Positions 39,301 through 50,730 of a stretch of DNA of 64,000 nucleotides are shown piece by piece. Under the pieces are notes generated by a model, which did not search any database, had not been told where the DNA came from, and was given only the letters and a program-made list of their open reading frames with translations. The DNA is from Tubiluchus corallicola. Lineage: Eukaryota; Animalia; Priapulida. The stretch is from assembly GCA_030141605.1 (NCBI GenBank), contig JAQGDQ010000161.1:124001-188000 (forward strand), in the 5' to 3' direction. The position numbers were made by a program, and so were the translations under genes. Numbering within the stretch: position 1 is the first letter of the stretch; each line of letters opens with the position of its first letter.

Positions 39301-42300
39301 TTTCAAAAATGAAGATTTATACACTAGAACGAAAGAAATTCCATGGAGTTCAAAAGTTAAGTTCCAAAGATTAAGATGGCTAGGATACCTCCTCAGATTA
39401 CCAGGTGAAACACCTGTGAGAATCACTTTAAAGGAAGCCTTAAAACCTGGCAAACCAAAAACAAATTAGATAGCTAAGATAAATAAAGATGTTCAAGAAC
39501 TTCAACCAAATCTAGCTTTTGGAGTAGAATAATTTATGCTGTTAGCCGCTGATAGGAGTGGGTGGAATACTCTAACAAATGTTAATGTTTCAATGTCCAC
39601 AACAAACGGAATAAAATTTTGAGGAATTTGAAGAACAACTGGAAAGAAAATCGAGGGACGTCAGCTGCTCGCACACCTAAACATTCTATAGAAAGATATA
39701 TATAATATAATATCAACTCTGTGCACAGTCATCAGAGATGCGTAGGGACCTAGATAGTGATAGATGTGTTAGAAGAGGCAACATATTATGGACTTGTCTT
39801 ATTACCTGTTTGCTCATAATTATGACATCATGTACTCATACATTTCATTGTTGGCATATTTGGAACAAGTACATCGTCAACAGATGATCCTAGGTTCAAG
39901 TATTCACCTGCACTGTTTTTAGTCCCCATTTATAATCATGTTCTTTTTCAAACTGTACTCCGGTTTCTGTCAGTGTCCACTGTTTGTTCACATCACTCAT
40001 TTAAACATCTTGCTTTATTATGCTGATTTAATCCAGCTTTCATTTGTAAAAAAACATTTCACTTTTATAAATTTTCACTGCTTTCCCTTTCCTAATTATG
40101 CATATGCTCTTTTCATGTGCTTGTAGTGACAACAAAAGCAGTGGCTGATAATTTTAATGATGATTTCGATGCATTTTTGAAGTATTCTGCTATAATTTGT
40201 AGTGGAACAAGACCAAATGAAATGCTGATCCAAATCTGCAGCATGACTAGATTTTTCTCACTTGACTATGCCTGATCCAGTGTGGTTTAATCACGTGTGC
40301 AGGACTATTATGACTGATTACCCTTTGACCTTGTTTGGTCTAGTGTGGTTTACTCTAGTAGTATTCCCTATTTTTCATATTTTTGGTCTTATCTCAGGCC
40401 CAGCTTTTTTGAACCATACCATGGGCTCTTTCTGTACCCTAAATGTTTATTCTCTAAATTTCGTCGTTCTACGTATTATGGTTCTTGAGTTATTGAGTGT
40501 TATGAGTCAATGTTTAGAACTGGTTGTCTGACATATCAGCACATGGATTCTTTTAGACCTTCAAAAATGGTGATTAAAATGTGACAAATTGTTCTTCTTA
40601 GATTCTTCATAAAAGAGTTCTTCTTTTTACGGAATATAAGATAGCCCAAGTAAGATTATTGACAATCTGAAGTTCAGTGACTTAGTGATTTGTCACTTTC
40701 AGTTTTCGTAATTTACTAAATGCCTCACTTGTGAAACCCTATAATTATGGAGCAACCAAATTATTAGTTTGCGGTACAATTTTTACATCAATCATTCTAA
40801 GTAAGACATTGAAAAACATTCACAGCGAGACAGAGTACAATAGCTGTCATAAATATGCTTCCTATGCTTCAAAAGATTAAGGAGTGTTAAGGAGAAAGTC
40901 AGAGGAATCACTAGACTTACAGGATTAAATCAGTTATTTCTGTTTAGGTCCTTTTCTTTATTTGGGCTAGGCTGGTTTAAGAACCACATGTAACTTCATA
41001 CCAATGTGCTGTGACAGTAACTTGACTGCACTTCTCTCACATAAAATTGTTCCCAGTGTTTATATTTTCAAAATGTGAAATTCTTAGATAAAGTATAGAA
41101 AATTGTTATTTGCTCTAAAAAAATGTAAAAAGTCAGAGAATTTATCAGAAAAAAGTTAACATTGAAAGATACATATTGAACTTATAATGGAAAGGCAATA
41201 ATATTTTGTAATTCAAGACCAAAACGTTCAAAAATGTTTGTAAGTGTTGGTAGACATGCACTGTGACCGGTACAGATATACATGTATAAGTTTGAGCTTA
41301 TTTATTTTTGTATAGAGTAAAATCCATATAATTATGTGCTTGAACAAAGTACAGAAAAGAATTCATAAAATTAATATTAAAATGACGATTTAAAACAGCT
41401 AAATAATACAAGATTACAGAAAAATTAGCAAAATTAAAATAAAAATATAAAAAAGCTTATTCTATTATATAATGATTTATCAAACTGTTAAAAAACACAG
41501 ATCACTCTACGCCAAATTGCATTCTGAAATATAAGAATCACAGTAAAGTAACATATTGGTACGTATAGTACCGTAATAGTAATACAGGCACGTATTGGTG
41601 TTAGTTATCATAATTACTGTGTTAGTTACAAACAAGCACACCTACTAATTTGTATGTACATCATAAGTGCATTAATTCCTACACAGGTATGATTAAGCCC
41701 AGTTAACCAGACAGATGTGTTAACTTAAAAACCTCAGGATTTTGACTTTCGCCAAACCTGAGTGAGTCATCCCAACAGGGCGGTAAACTCGTGTAACAGG
41801 TAACACAGAAATGGCAGGTAAACTTTGAACAGGTAACGTGATGCATTACAACCAGTTTTGTACTACAAGAAGATTAAAATTCATTTCATTCTTCTAGGGT
41901 TTATGTAACTTTAATTTTAATGTTAGTTCATTTTTTACATGAATCATATTATTAGTAACGCGCACTCTGTTTTTATGTGAATAATTTTGATTGTGATAAG
42001 AGTTAAAGAAGATTAGTAGTATACCTGCAGCTGTTAAGCTCATATCTGTAGCATACTGTACTGCCCTGGGTTTATTTATCTACTTGAATATCTTAAATTA
42101 ATTGCTTAGTAAATTTACTTCAATTTTATACACTCACTCATGAACTTCGCTTGTTTCATTATTACATCGCAGCAGTTATAACTCTTTTAAATAATGCCAA
42201 GAGTGCGTTGTGTGGGTTTAGGGGAACAGCCCTGTCAGTAGCGACCTGAATTCTTTGTCAAACACATTTTTAACTGGGAGTGAATTATTTGACAAAGAAA

Positions 42301-45300
42301 AGGGAGTAATCTTAAGTTGGCTTTGTGAGTGCTTGTGAGTCATTTGCTTTTAGTCATACACTGTTGATATGCTGACAGCATTGCTAATTTGCTAGACCAC
42401 CTGTTTACCTGTTGCACATACCATACTTTTTGTCAAGCAAGTGAATTAATTGAATGTCTTAAACACAGGCGTTGTTTACAATCTATAAGAATAACCAGTT
42501 ATCATATTCTTGGGTTTTCCCTGTATTTTGGCAAGGGCATATTTTACTACTGTCCAGTGAAGCTCATATTGGTGAATTGCAACCAGTAATACCTGGAAAG
42601 CTAGATTTAAGACTAGTATGTTTGGTCTTGATTAACTGCAGCGGTGAGCTAACTTTAATATGTTGACTCAGCACTATTGCATTTTAGTAGTGGTGGCGGC
42701 GGTGGCGGCGGGGACGCTGATAGTGGTAGTAGTAGTAGTAGTAGTAGTGGCAGCTCTTCTCGACTTAATTCATTGTTAACGACAGAAATGTTTTGGTCTT
42801 AGTGAGAGCTACTTCATTTTTGTGATTAAACTTCATTGTTGAAAACTGTAGTTATGGCGAGCTCGAACCTTCACTTCGTGTATCTGTTTATTGAGCTTAA
42901 CATTTCTTACTTCAGTTTTCATTATTTTTTCCACTGTGATCCATTGTTGTGATGAGTGGAAGGTGAAATAACAGTGATAACCGCATGCTTGGCATACTTA
43001 CAGACCCTGTGAAAACAATGCTTGATGATCAGAACATCGCATCACATTGTAGTCGGCAGTATTTTTCTGTTAACTAATTAGCTACAGTATATCACAAATT
43101 ATCTACGCAGTATATGAAGCCTCAGGTCTCTTTGTCATATCAGTTATTGTTTTCTCTGAATGTAACCATCTTGGAATACTTGAAGTGTGAACATCGTGGT
43201 GCTTTCTTTGTGTTTAGTTATTTCCATAAATTTTGCTTCTGTGACAGATGGTGAATTCTAAATGCCATGCTGATTTTGGAAGAAATGAATATTTTCTACG
43301 TTTGCCTGCTTTAAACACAGGTAAACACAACGGTGTGGCCGATTGATAGAATAAGTCTTGCCCACTTTGACGATACAGACAATATTAATTAGTGGAATTG
43401 TTAACTTAATTAAACTCTCATGCACCTATTGCTGCTACTACAAACTTGTCAAATTACAGACCACCAATTCTTGACACACATTTGCGCCATTACTTGCCTG
43501 GTCACACTACGCCTTGGTTCACACGGCACAGATTTTTCAGCCACGCCCCAACTAAGTGACCTTGCAAATGGCCGCGAGGCGTCTGGAGTGGACTGCCATT
43601 GTTTCAGCTTTAATTAATGTGACGTGTATCTGCTGTTGTGCTGTATGCTAAAGCTCATTAACAGAACTTAATTTATTCTAACTTTCCCTAAGGGAGGTAA
43701 TGTAGGTCATTCAAGTGTTTGTAAACTTTTGAGCAGTGCATTGTTTCAGTGTATTGCAACAAATCATTGCTCTCATGCTAAGATGTACGAACAGTAAAAT
43801 GATTTTTTTTCTTCCTGGCTAATTGACTCCTTTTTCTTAATTTCTTCAATAGTTTTTCTTTGCTACTTTTATTCCTTTTCATTCCCCCTTTCTTCGCTTC
43901 TTAGTGTATTTGTTTCTTGCCTTTTCCATCGTTTTGTCGTTCTTCTCCCCTTTTCTTTTTTTCCTCCCTCTTCTTCCATCGTTTCTTTTACTCTGTTCTT
44001 TTTTCCTTTTCTCTTTTCTTTCTTATTTTTCAAAACTTTCAATACGATTTCTTTCTGATGAAGAATTGAGACAGAAAAGATCACAGAAGAAAGCAGAAAA
44101 GGGGCAAAAGGGGAAGTAGCAGCTGTATTGCAGGATCCGGCTTGTATGTCTTTGTCTCACCGACAGTTGTAGAGTTTTTCTCAGTGTTGGTCTACAGACG
44201 ACGACTTTTATGTTTGCCCAGAACAGCGAACAAAAAACGTCCAGCTTCTTGCATAAACGCCGGGACAGAACAGCTGCGTCTGCGTCGGTTTGAAACGTTG
44301 TAAATTAATGCCAATTTTGCCAGTAGCTTTTTTGATCCGAAAAACAACCAACGCAGTTTTACACTAGCTAATCGTAAGGCCGCTAACTTTGGAGGGAGTT
44401 AACTTTCGAAAACCATCACAGACTTGATGTGGTGGTTAAGAAATTCAAATAGATCGACTAAATAAACAGTGACTTTTTGCGTCAAAAAAGGAGTGTTAGT
44501 TATCTAGTTATGTTCAGCTGTCGGCGTTAAGCTGCTGACAACTGGGTAATAATCAATAAGACCTGGTAGTGTAAAAATTTTACAAGTAAAGTGTTTGTCG
44601 TAGCTTTTATAGTTACAACATTATTAATGGTGTCAGTTAGAAATTCACGTTCCCAATCTGTCAGCAACATTTCAGCTATTAATTAAATTAATTATCAAGA
44701 CGTCTTTGACATGGCGTATTAATTGAAGCGCTTTTGACTCGCCACGCGACATCATCGTTTTGTTGACAATGACAGTTCATACCGGATTATAGAGAACACT
44801 CTGAGATTTGGCAGCAAATGGTTTTATAATGATATTTAATGCAATGCCCAATGTGGTATAATATATAGTTACATTTTTTCAGAATACATTTAGATAATTG
44901 ATTAGATATATGCAGTACCACGAAGTGACAGAAACATTTGTACAGTACCTTTCGAATTTTGATTTTCAAATATAACCTTTCACGAAGAAGTGTGTTAAAC
45001 GTTTATTCGAGTTTAATCGTGAAATAATTATTGCGTAATTTATCTGATAGGCAAAATTTATTAGATAAGACGAAAGTTGAGTAAGATATTTCAAAATGTT
45101 GTAAGTCAAGCCCTGTAGTAACGTGCGGGCAGTGTTTTTCAATAGTCAGTACTATACAAACTGATGAATTTTTGAATATTTGAGAAACATATAAAAGGGC
45201 GACACGCACTGAATGCTTATATGCTTTTATCTGTAAAATAAAAGGATGTCGTCTAAATTCACTTAAACTTCGTCCATTTACTGCAGTAGTTATCTTGGTT

Positions 45301-48300
45301 CCGTAAGGTTTTATATTAAAAACAGTGACTTGACGTAATTGAAAAGAGACGCTGCATTTGCAGCTGCTAATTATCGAATCTTTTCTAAAGATTAATAAAA
45401 TAAAAATTTATATAGACGGATTTATCGGTGAATTTAAGTTTTTTTATTCCAAAAATCTACTAATTGATCCCGAAATATTTGTTTTTAGTGGCTTTATTCA
45501 TTTGCTAATGTTTACACTAAGGAAGAAGCCCATAATCAGCCCAGGGACGTCTCTTCTTAATGTCTTTTTTGGGGAGAAGGCGTAATGAAAAACGCATATT
45601 AGTGAACCCGTTTATAATCTTTGTTTTATTAGTATTGGTGGCAATGGTTGCCAAATCTATTAAAATGTTATTTTCAAAAGATATTAAGCACTTTTGAAGT
45701 TTGTTCACTGTTATATTGCCATAATGTAGTAGCAATTTATAGTAATGGTTGCATTGGTTTTTTCGAAGCATAACATACGTAAGTGCCTGCTGTAATCTCT
45801 TGTGGAAAACTCCCTGAAATTTCCGTCTCTGTTGCCATGCGTGCATCTTAACGTTAATCTCTACCCATAGGCCAAATTTTGAAAGGAAAGACCGTGATGA
45901 AATGTTTGTTATAAAAGTACGCGTCTTTTTTTTACAAAATAACTTGTATGAATAACAGTTACGTTCTTTACTTGATATAACACTTTGACATTTCCTTTAT
46001 GGCTTTATGCTATGTGCAGTAGGTCCAAAATACATGTAGTCTAAGTTTCAATTGTGTCTAGGTGGACTGTGGAGATAGTGGTTTATATAAAGCATTAGAC
46101 AATAACTTTGTCGTTTTCCCAATAAATCAAATAAAAATCGTTAGAAAAGTTTCAAAGGTTGACTTTAAACTTTAAATGCAGAATAAACATGTAAACATCG
46201 GGCTTTTGCTTTTGAGAGAAGATGGCGGATTTTGATTTCAACCTTCTAATTGCCTACTGACACATTTTTCCTGCTAAGATTTTTTACCTAGACTAGAGAA
46301 AAAGCAGCTATTTTCCGCATCTATGAAATCCAAACTTTACTTTCTGGGGCAAACACACAACTAACTGTTTGCAAACTTTGCCGTAATCTGCGATGGTTAT
46401 CGTCATTCCTATATACCTCTCTCCTCCCTTCTTCCTTTCTGTACTGTCACTATTCATAGCTGTGCGATTACAGCAAACAATGAACTTTTCTGCTGGATTG
46501 TCCGCATTGAAAGTTTTTTGAAAACTGAATGAACCTCGTTAATAGAATGAACCTTTTAGTCAGCTTTCGGCTTAGTAGTTTTCATTGATAAAATTAGGCC
46601 GAAAGTGTAATATACTTCTCCATTAAGCGACAGGGGAGCGTGTGGCGCCTGATTTTTAGCACATGATGGATAAATTAACGGTATATTTCGACGTTAAATT
46701 TACCAACATTACACCTGCTTTTACAATAATCAAAACTTAGTACACGACATCTTGTTGCCAAGCTTTTTAGAATGTGGCCTCTGTAGTTTCGCATTTATTT
46801 TATGTGGTATTTGTTTACTGGATAATGACGTAGTCAGTCCACTGCTTAGAAAAGAAACATTTCTCTTTTAGAAATTCTTATTGTTTGATTTGATTTCAAC
46901 CTTGTTGCTACTACTTCTTCCTTACAACAACTGTCTTATTATTGTTATTGTTTTATTGTATCGTTGCATCTGTTGTTGTAAAATAAATATATTCTATTCT
47001 ATTCTATTCTATTCTATTCTATTCTATTCTATTCTATTCTATTCTATTCTATTCTATTCTATTCTATTCTATTCTATTCTATTCTATTCTATTCTATTCT
47101 TACATTGCAATCGCATTTGACGAGATCAAATCTTGTTAAAAGCATCATGCGCGCATTTGACTTTTAACATTCCAATCCAGCAGACAGACAAACCTTATAA
47201 ATATTGCACATCGTTCATATGGACAGAAACAGAACACTGTTAAAATTATGAATTAAAAAGTTAGAACAAACGGTTTTTGGTGTAGACTGTAGAGGAGCAG
47301 AGTTAGATTAAGTAGAAATGATTACAATTAACTCAAACTCGTTGACCTGTTTTCAAGGTGAAAAAGCAAACTGCAAAAATTAGAGTCAGTTCACGAGCAC
47401 TATTCTTGTAATAGATCACTTAACTTATACAATGAACCAGAAAACATATCTGTCCATCGTGGCCGGAATTATAGTACATAAAATTTTTAATACATGCAAC
47501 ATTTTTTCATAAGTTTGGATTATCATATAGGTGTTGCCAATGTTTCGATTTTGTTTAATAAAAATTTGTCTTTTGAAATTCATCTCCATGTTTGGTGTTA
47601 AATCTTAACTAAATCACAACAGGGAAACATCTGCTCTGATGATTAGTGTTCATTAATAGCAATTTATTATTGATAAGGGTCTCATTGTAATGTTGTTCAG
47701 CGAGCGTTTATTGTGCAAAATGGTTTTAGCGCGTCGGTTGAGCCAAGACTTGAACTTGTTGAAATTCATTTGCAGCAAGTTCTATTGTAAGAGTAGCGCC
47801 AGAAGGCGCAGGACAGACAGCTGCTTCACGTCCTTTAGCTGTTCTCATTAGCATACATGACAAATCAGTCAGGTTCCAGTGATAAAGGCACAGGGAGAGA
47901 TGTTCTTAGCCTTTATCAATTTAAAAATGCATCAAAGCAATACGTACTGCAATAGTATAATTAATTCACAATAACCTAAGCGCATCCTGATTTTAAGTTA
48001 CTAACAAAACTTATTTTGTTTAACTTTGTACGTTATAATGTTTATTGTCAATTGCTGTACTATTTGAAGGAGGACTCGATAGCATAATGCTTCTTCCTTC
48101 TCCTCACTGTGACTAGTATCACTTATAATGTGACAGTGTTTCTGACTAATATTTAGGTATATATTATTGATTGTGAAATAAATAAATTGAAAATAATTGA
48201 ACTCTGCTAGAATCACTGAAGTTTTGATGTGCATCTTTGATTTTTATGCTCTGTTTGATCGACATAGCGAGAACACTAATTGATTTTCGAAACAGCTATA

Positions 48301-49373
48301 TTTTTGCCACCTTTTTTTAATCGTGATATAAATATTTTCTTCTCATTTTTTGCTCCCTTAAGTTCAAAGTGCTTGTACTTTAAAGCATAATATTTTTTCT
48401 TATGTGGTGTGGTTTAATGGTGGTGTAATTTATCTCTCTTGTGTATGTTTACATCCACCTTATTCAGTATTAAAGTTCCAGTTCAATTTATCGACGCTTT
48501 TCTAACGATTTTTATTTGACTAACGAATTGTGTAGTCACTGTTTAATGTTTAAACTTTTATATAAGCACTAACTTCGTCCAGACATCATCGAAACTTAGG
48601 CTATTTTGGATAGTATAGTATAAAGCATAGTTTAAAGGCATAAAGGCAATGTCATAATGTTATATCAAGTAAAGAACGTAATTGTTATTCATGCGAATTC
48701 TTTTGTGAAAAAAAGACGCATTGGTATTTTTGTAACAGACATTTTGTCACACGGGTTTTCCCTTTCCTTCTTTTTAACGCCACCTTGTAATGCCACTTTT
48801 TAATGCCACTTTTCAACTTGTAATATCGTAACCATAGTACCATAGTGATCTTAACTTTTTTTACAAATACAACTAAATGTACAGAATTACATCAAAGTTA
48901 AGAAATACAACAACTTCTGAAGCCGAATTTATGTATAAAATAAAATGTGATAAAATTTCTCTTAGACTTGGATTAGCCTTTGCAATAGGATTGTTGCCAT
49001 CTTGTTTTGCTATCACAAACTTGACCTACTGGTATTCCAAGAATTGACTGAGCAATTGTAGTTTTGGTAATTTTTACCAAGAAATGTATGTATAAATGCT
49101 GGATAGCTTATAAATGTCCATATCTGCTGACTGCATTGTTTATTGAATTTTCGTCGTTTTATTTGATTTTGTTTTCAAAGAATACTGTCCTCCATTGATG
49201 TTTAACTTTCCCATGCTTGAGCTAAGCTTTTTGCAGACTTTATATTGACTTTGTTTTATTTCAGAGACTTCGTGGAAGACAGAAGTGTGGTTTCTAAAGT
49301 TCTAGACAACGTGAGTAAAACAGTGCAGAAATTTGTCAGTGAAAAAGGAAAGGGAATTTTATACTATAGTTGA
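21336..49373 (+). CDS. ABHD12: Lysophosphatidylserine lipase ABHD12-like alpha/beta hydrolase (~384 aa), complete
   Basis: Exons 21336-21421, 21788-21909, 23931-24036, 24232-24348, 24854-24930, 26358-26487, 32622-32659, 37657-37736, 37940-38022, 38362-38440, 38711-38838, 49265-49373 (1155 nt), all GT-AG and in frame. TM segment in exon 2; [25 protein letters not shown] (nucleophile Ser), LEAPF, ILHAKDD (Asp), YGHKHI (His). The first and last exons are the least certain. Confidence 0.95.
21990..22740. mobile_element. Back-to-back pair of tRNA-derived SINE units (left on -, right on +); right unit interrupted by a MITE
   Basis: B-box-like GGTTTAAATGC (-) and GATTCAAATCC (+). The arms match at 38/49 nt over B-box plus tail by manual alignment. 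Confidence 0.6.
22190..22657. mobile_element. hAT-superfamily MITE (468 bp)
   Basis: TIR CAGGCCCTATTTCAG / CTGAAATAGGCCCTG (14/15). Perfect 8-bp TSD TGTCTGAT at 22182-22189 and 22658-22665. Confidence 0.9.
29735..29772 (-). ncRNA. Minimal type I hammerhead ribozyme motif (variant C3U)
   Basis: Minus strand reads TTCAG-TTGATGA-T-ACCC-GCTG-GGGT-GAAA-GC-T-T-CTGAA. Confidence 0.65.
29816..29853 (+). ncRNA. Minimal type I hammerhead ribozyme motif (variant GGAA at GAAA)
   Basis: TTCAG-CTGATGA-T-GCCC-GCTA-GGGT-GGAA-GC-T-T-CTGAA: 5-bp stem I, 4-bp stem II, palindromic AGCT stem III. Confidence 0.65.
36532..36882. mobile_element. hAT-type MITE
   Basis: TIR CAGGGTCGGATTAT / ATAGTCCGGCCCTG. Flanks ATCATGAT and GTCATGAC (6/8). 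Subterminal GG(A/G)CCC(C)TAGGCT repeats. Confidence 0.75.
39000..39620 (+). mobile_element. 3' fragment of an RTE-clade LINE
   Basis: ORFs 38998-39240 and 39248-39469: [45 protein letters not shown]. Nucleotide match to minus-strand 16585-16660. Confidence 0.85.
42687..42752. repeat. (TAG)n/(GGC)n trinucleotide repeat
   Basis: Directly visible. Confidence 0.8.
43800..44060. repeat. Long polypyrimidine (C/T) low-complexity tract
   Basis: ~260 nt strongly C/T-biased on the + strand, followed by a purine-rich tract 44061-44119. Confidence 0.8.
46990..47100. repeat. (ATTCT)n pentanucleotide microsatellite, about 22 copies
   Basis: Perfect tandem run. Confidence 0.97.
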
Positions 49374-50630
49374 AAAAGAAGTGCCCCTCCCCCTATATAG
49401 TTCTTACGTACTATGTACATAAAGTTGGTAGATCCATGCTTTCTTGTAATGTTTTCACACTATAATCATTAACCTTTTCATTTTTTAGAAGTTAACTGTT
49501 TCTTGGCCTGTGAACTTTGGCTTTGGCCAAAAAAGAACCACAAATAAATTACCATTTTTATTTCTTTGTAAATTAATTTCCAGTTTAAAAAATACTTGTG
49601 AGTGATGTGCAGCTTCAATACATTATGCAATGACAAATTTTAATTTATGTACATTTTCCTTAGTGCAAAGATAATAACTTTACTACAATCACTTTATAAA
49701 TGTTACTGAATAAACGATTTATGTATGAATATTTTGTATTTTTTCTAGACGGAATGATAACAGTATTTGAAGTAACATTTGATTAACTGTTACTTTATAA
49801 TGCTGTGATTGAATTCTTATTAGAAACAGCGTAATTACCACAAGTTGACACCTTCTGTTAAGCAGATGTTTTTAAAGAGAATCACAGAAAACAGCCTCAC
49901 TAAGAGATACTACCAAGTTTAAGATTTTAACTTCTTTTGTGGTTGTCAAGACCTGCAGGACTGGAAAAGTAAAAGTAGTAATTTTAGAAACATACTTCAG
50001 CCAATGTGAAGAACCAGAAACGTATCATTTTTTAATTTCTTTTCAATTTGCAACTTATTTTATTTAGAATTCTTGCTGTATTTGTGCGTTATTGCTAGTG
50101 AAATAGCCAACTGGAAAATTCTGGTCCAGTTAGATTAGTAACAGCTAGAGCAGCAATCAGCAATACACTACTTCACTTACTTTTATTATCTTGTAAATAT
50201 TAGATTATGTTGAGCATTAGATTGTAGTCTTAGGTACCCAGCAAATACAATCTGTTGTCACCTGTTGCTCTGTAGCACGATATTGCCATTTTTGTCAAGC
50301 AGAAGCTTTTAGCAATCCTTCCTTAAATCAGTTAAATGCATCACAATCCATTTAAGGTAATTTATATAATTTATATCTATCTTAAGATAATCTATCTAAT
50401 TTTCTAGGTAAATAAGCATATCATGCGGGGCTACCATTGGGCAGTATAGTGTAATAAGGCTCAAAGAAGTTTATTTGGTGTTTATACTTTGTTGTTAAGA
50501 CGATGCAAACTTTACAACTTAATAATTTGGAAGCTTAATGGAGATTATAGTTAAATTTGAGTTTTTTTATATTACTGCCATTACCTGTGATTGCTCAGAC
50601 ATTTGTTTACCTGTGTATTTGTAATTGACC

Positions 50631-50638
<8 letters not shown>

Positions 50639-50706
<68 letters not shown>

Positions 50707-50730
50707 TGTGGGTGTGTGGGTGGGTGTGTG
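50639..50730. repeat. (TG)n microsatellite
   Basis: Long perfect TG run decaying to TGGG variants. Confidence 0.97.

Noticed and set aside
40602-40644. Alternative ABHD12 last exon [14 protein letters not shown]
   Set aside because: Weaker acceptor and poorer match to the conserved R(D/E)F motif than 49265-49373.
43869-44119. Lys/Glu-rich (-) and Phe/Leu-rich (+) ORFs
   Set aside because: By-products of the purine/pyrimidine low-complexity tract.
44056-47665. Other CTGATGA occurrences as hammerheads (44056, 45161, 47636)
   Set aside because: They lack a proper stem II plus GAAA, or lack stems I/III.
26488-49264. Conserved miRNAs (let-7, miR-1, miR-33, miR-125, miR-133 and others) in ABHD12 introns
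   Set aside because: Only partial seed-like matches by eye (e.g. TGAGGTAG at ~30188, TGGAATGT at ~31110), without the full mature sequence or a hairpin.
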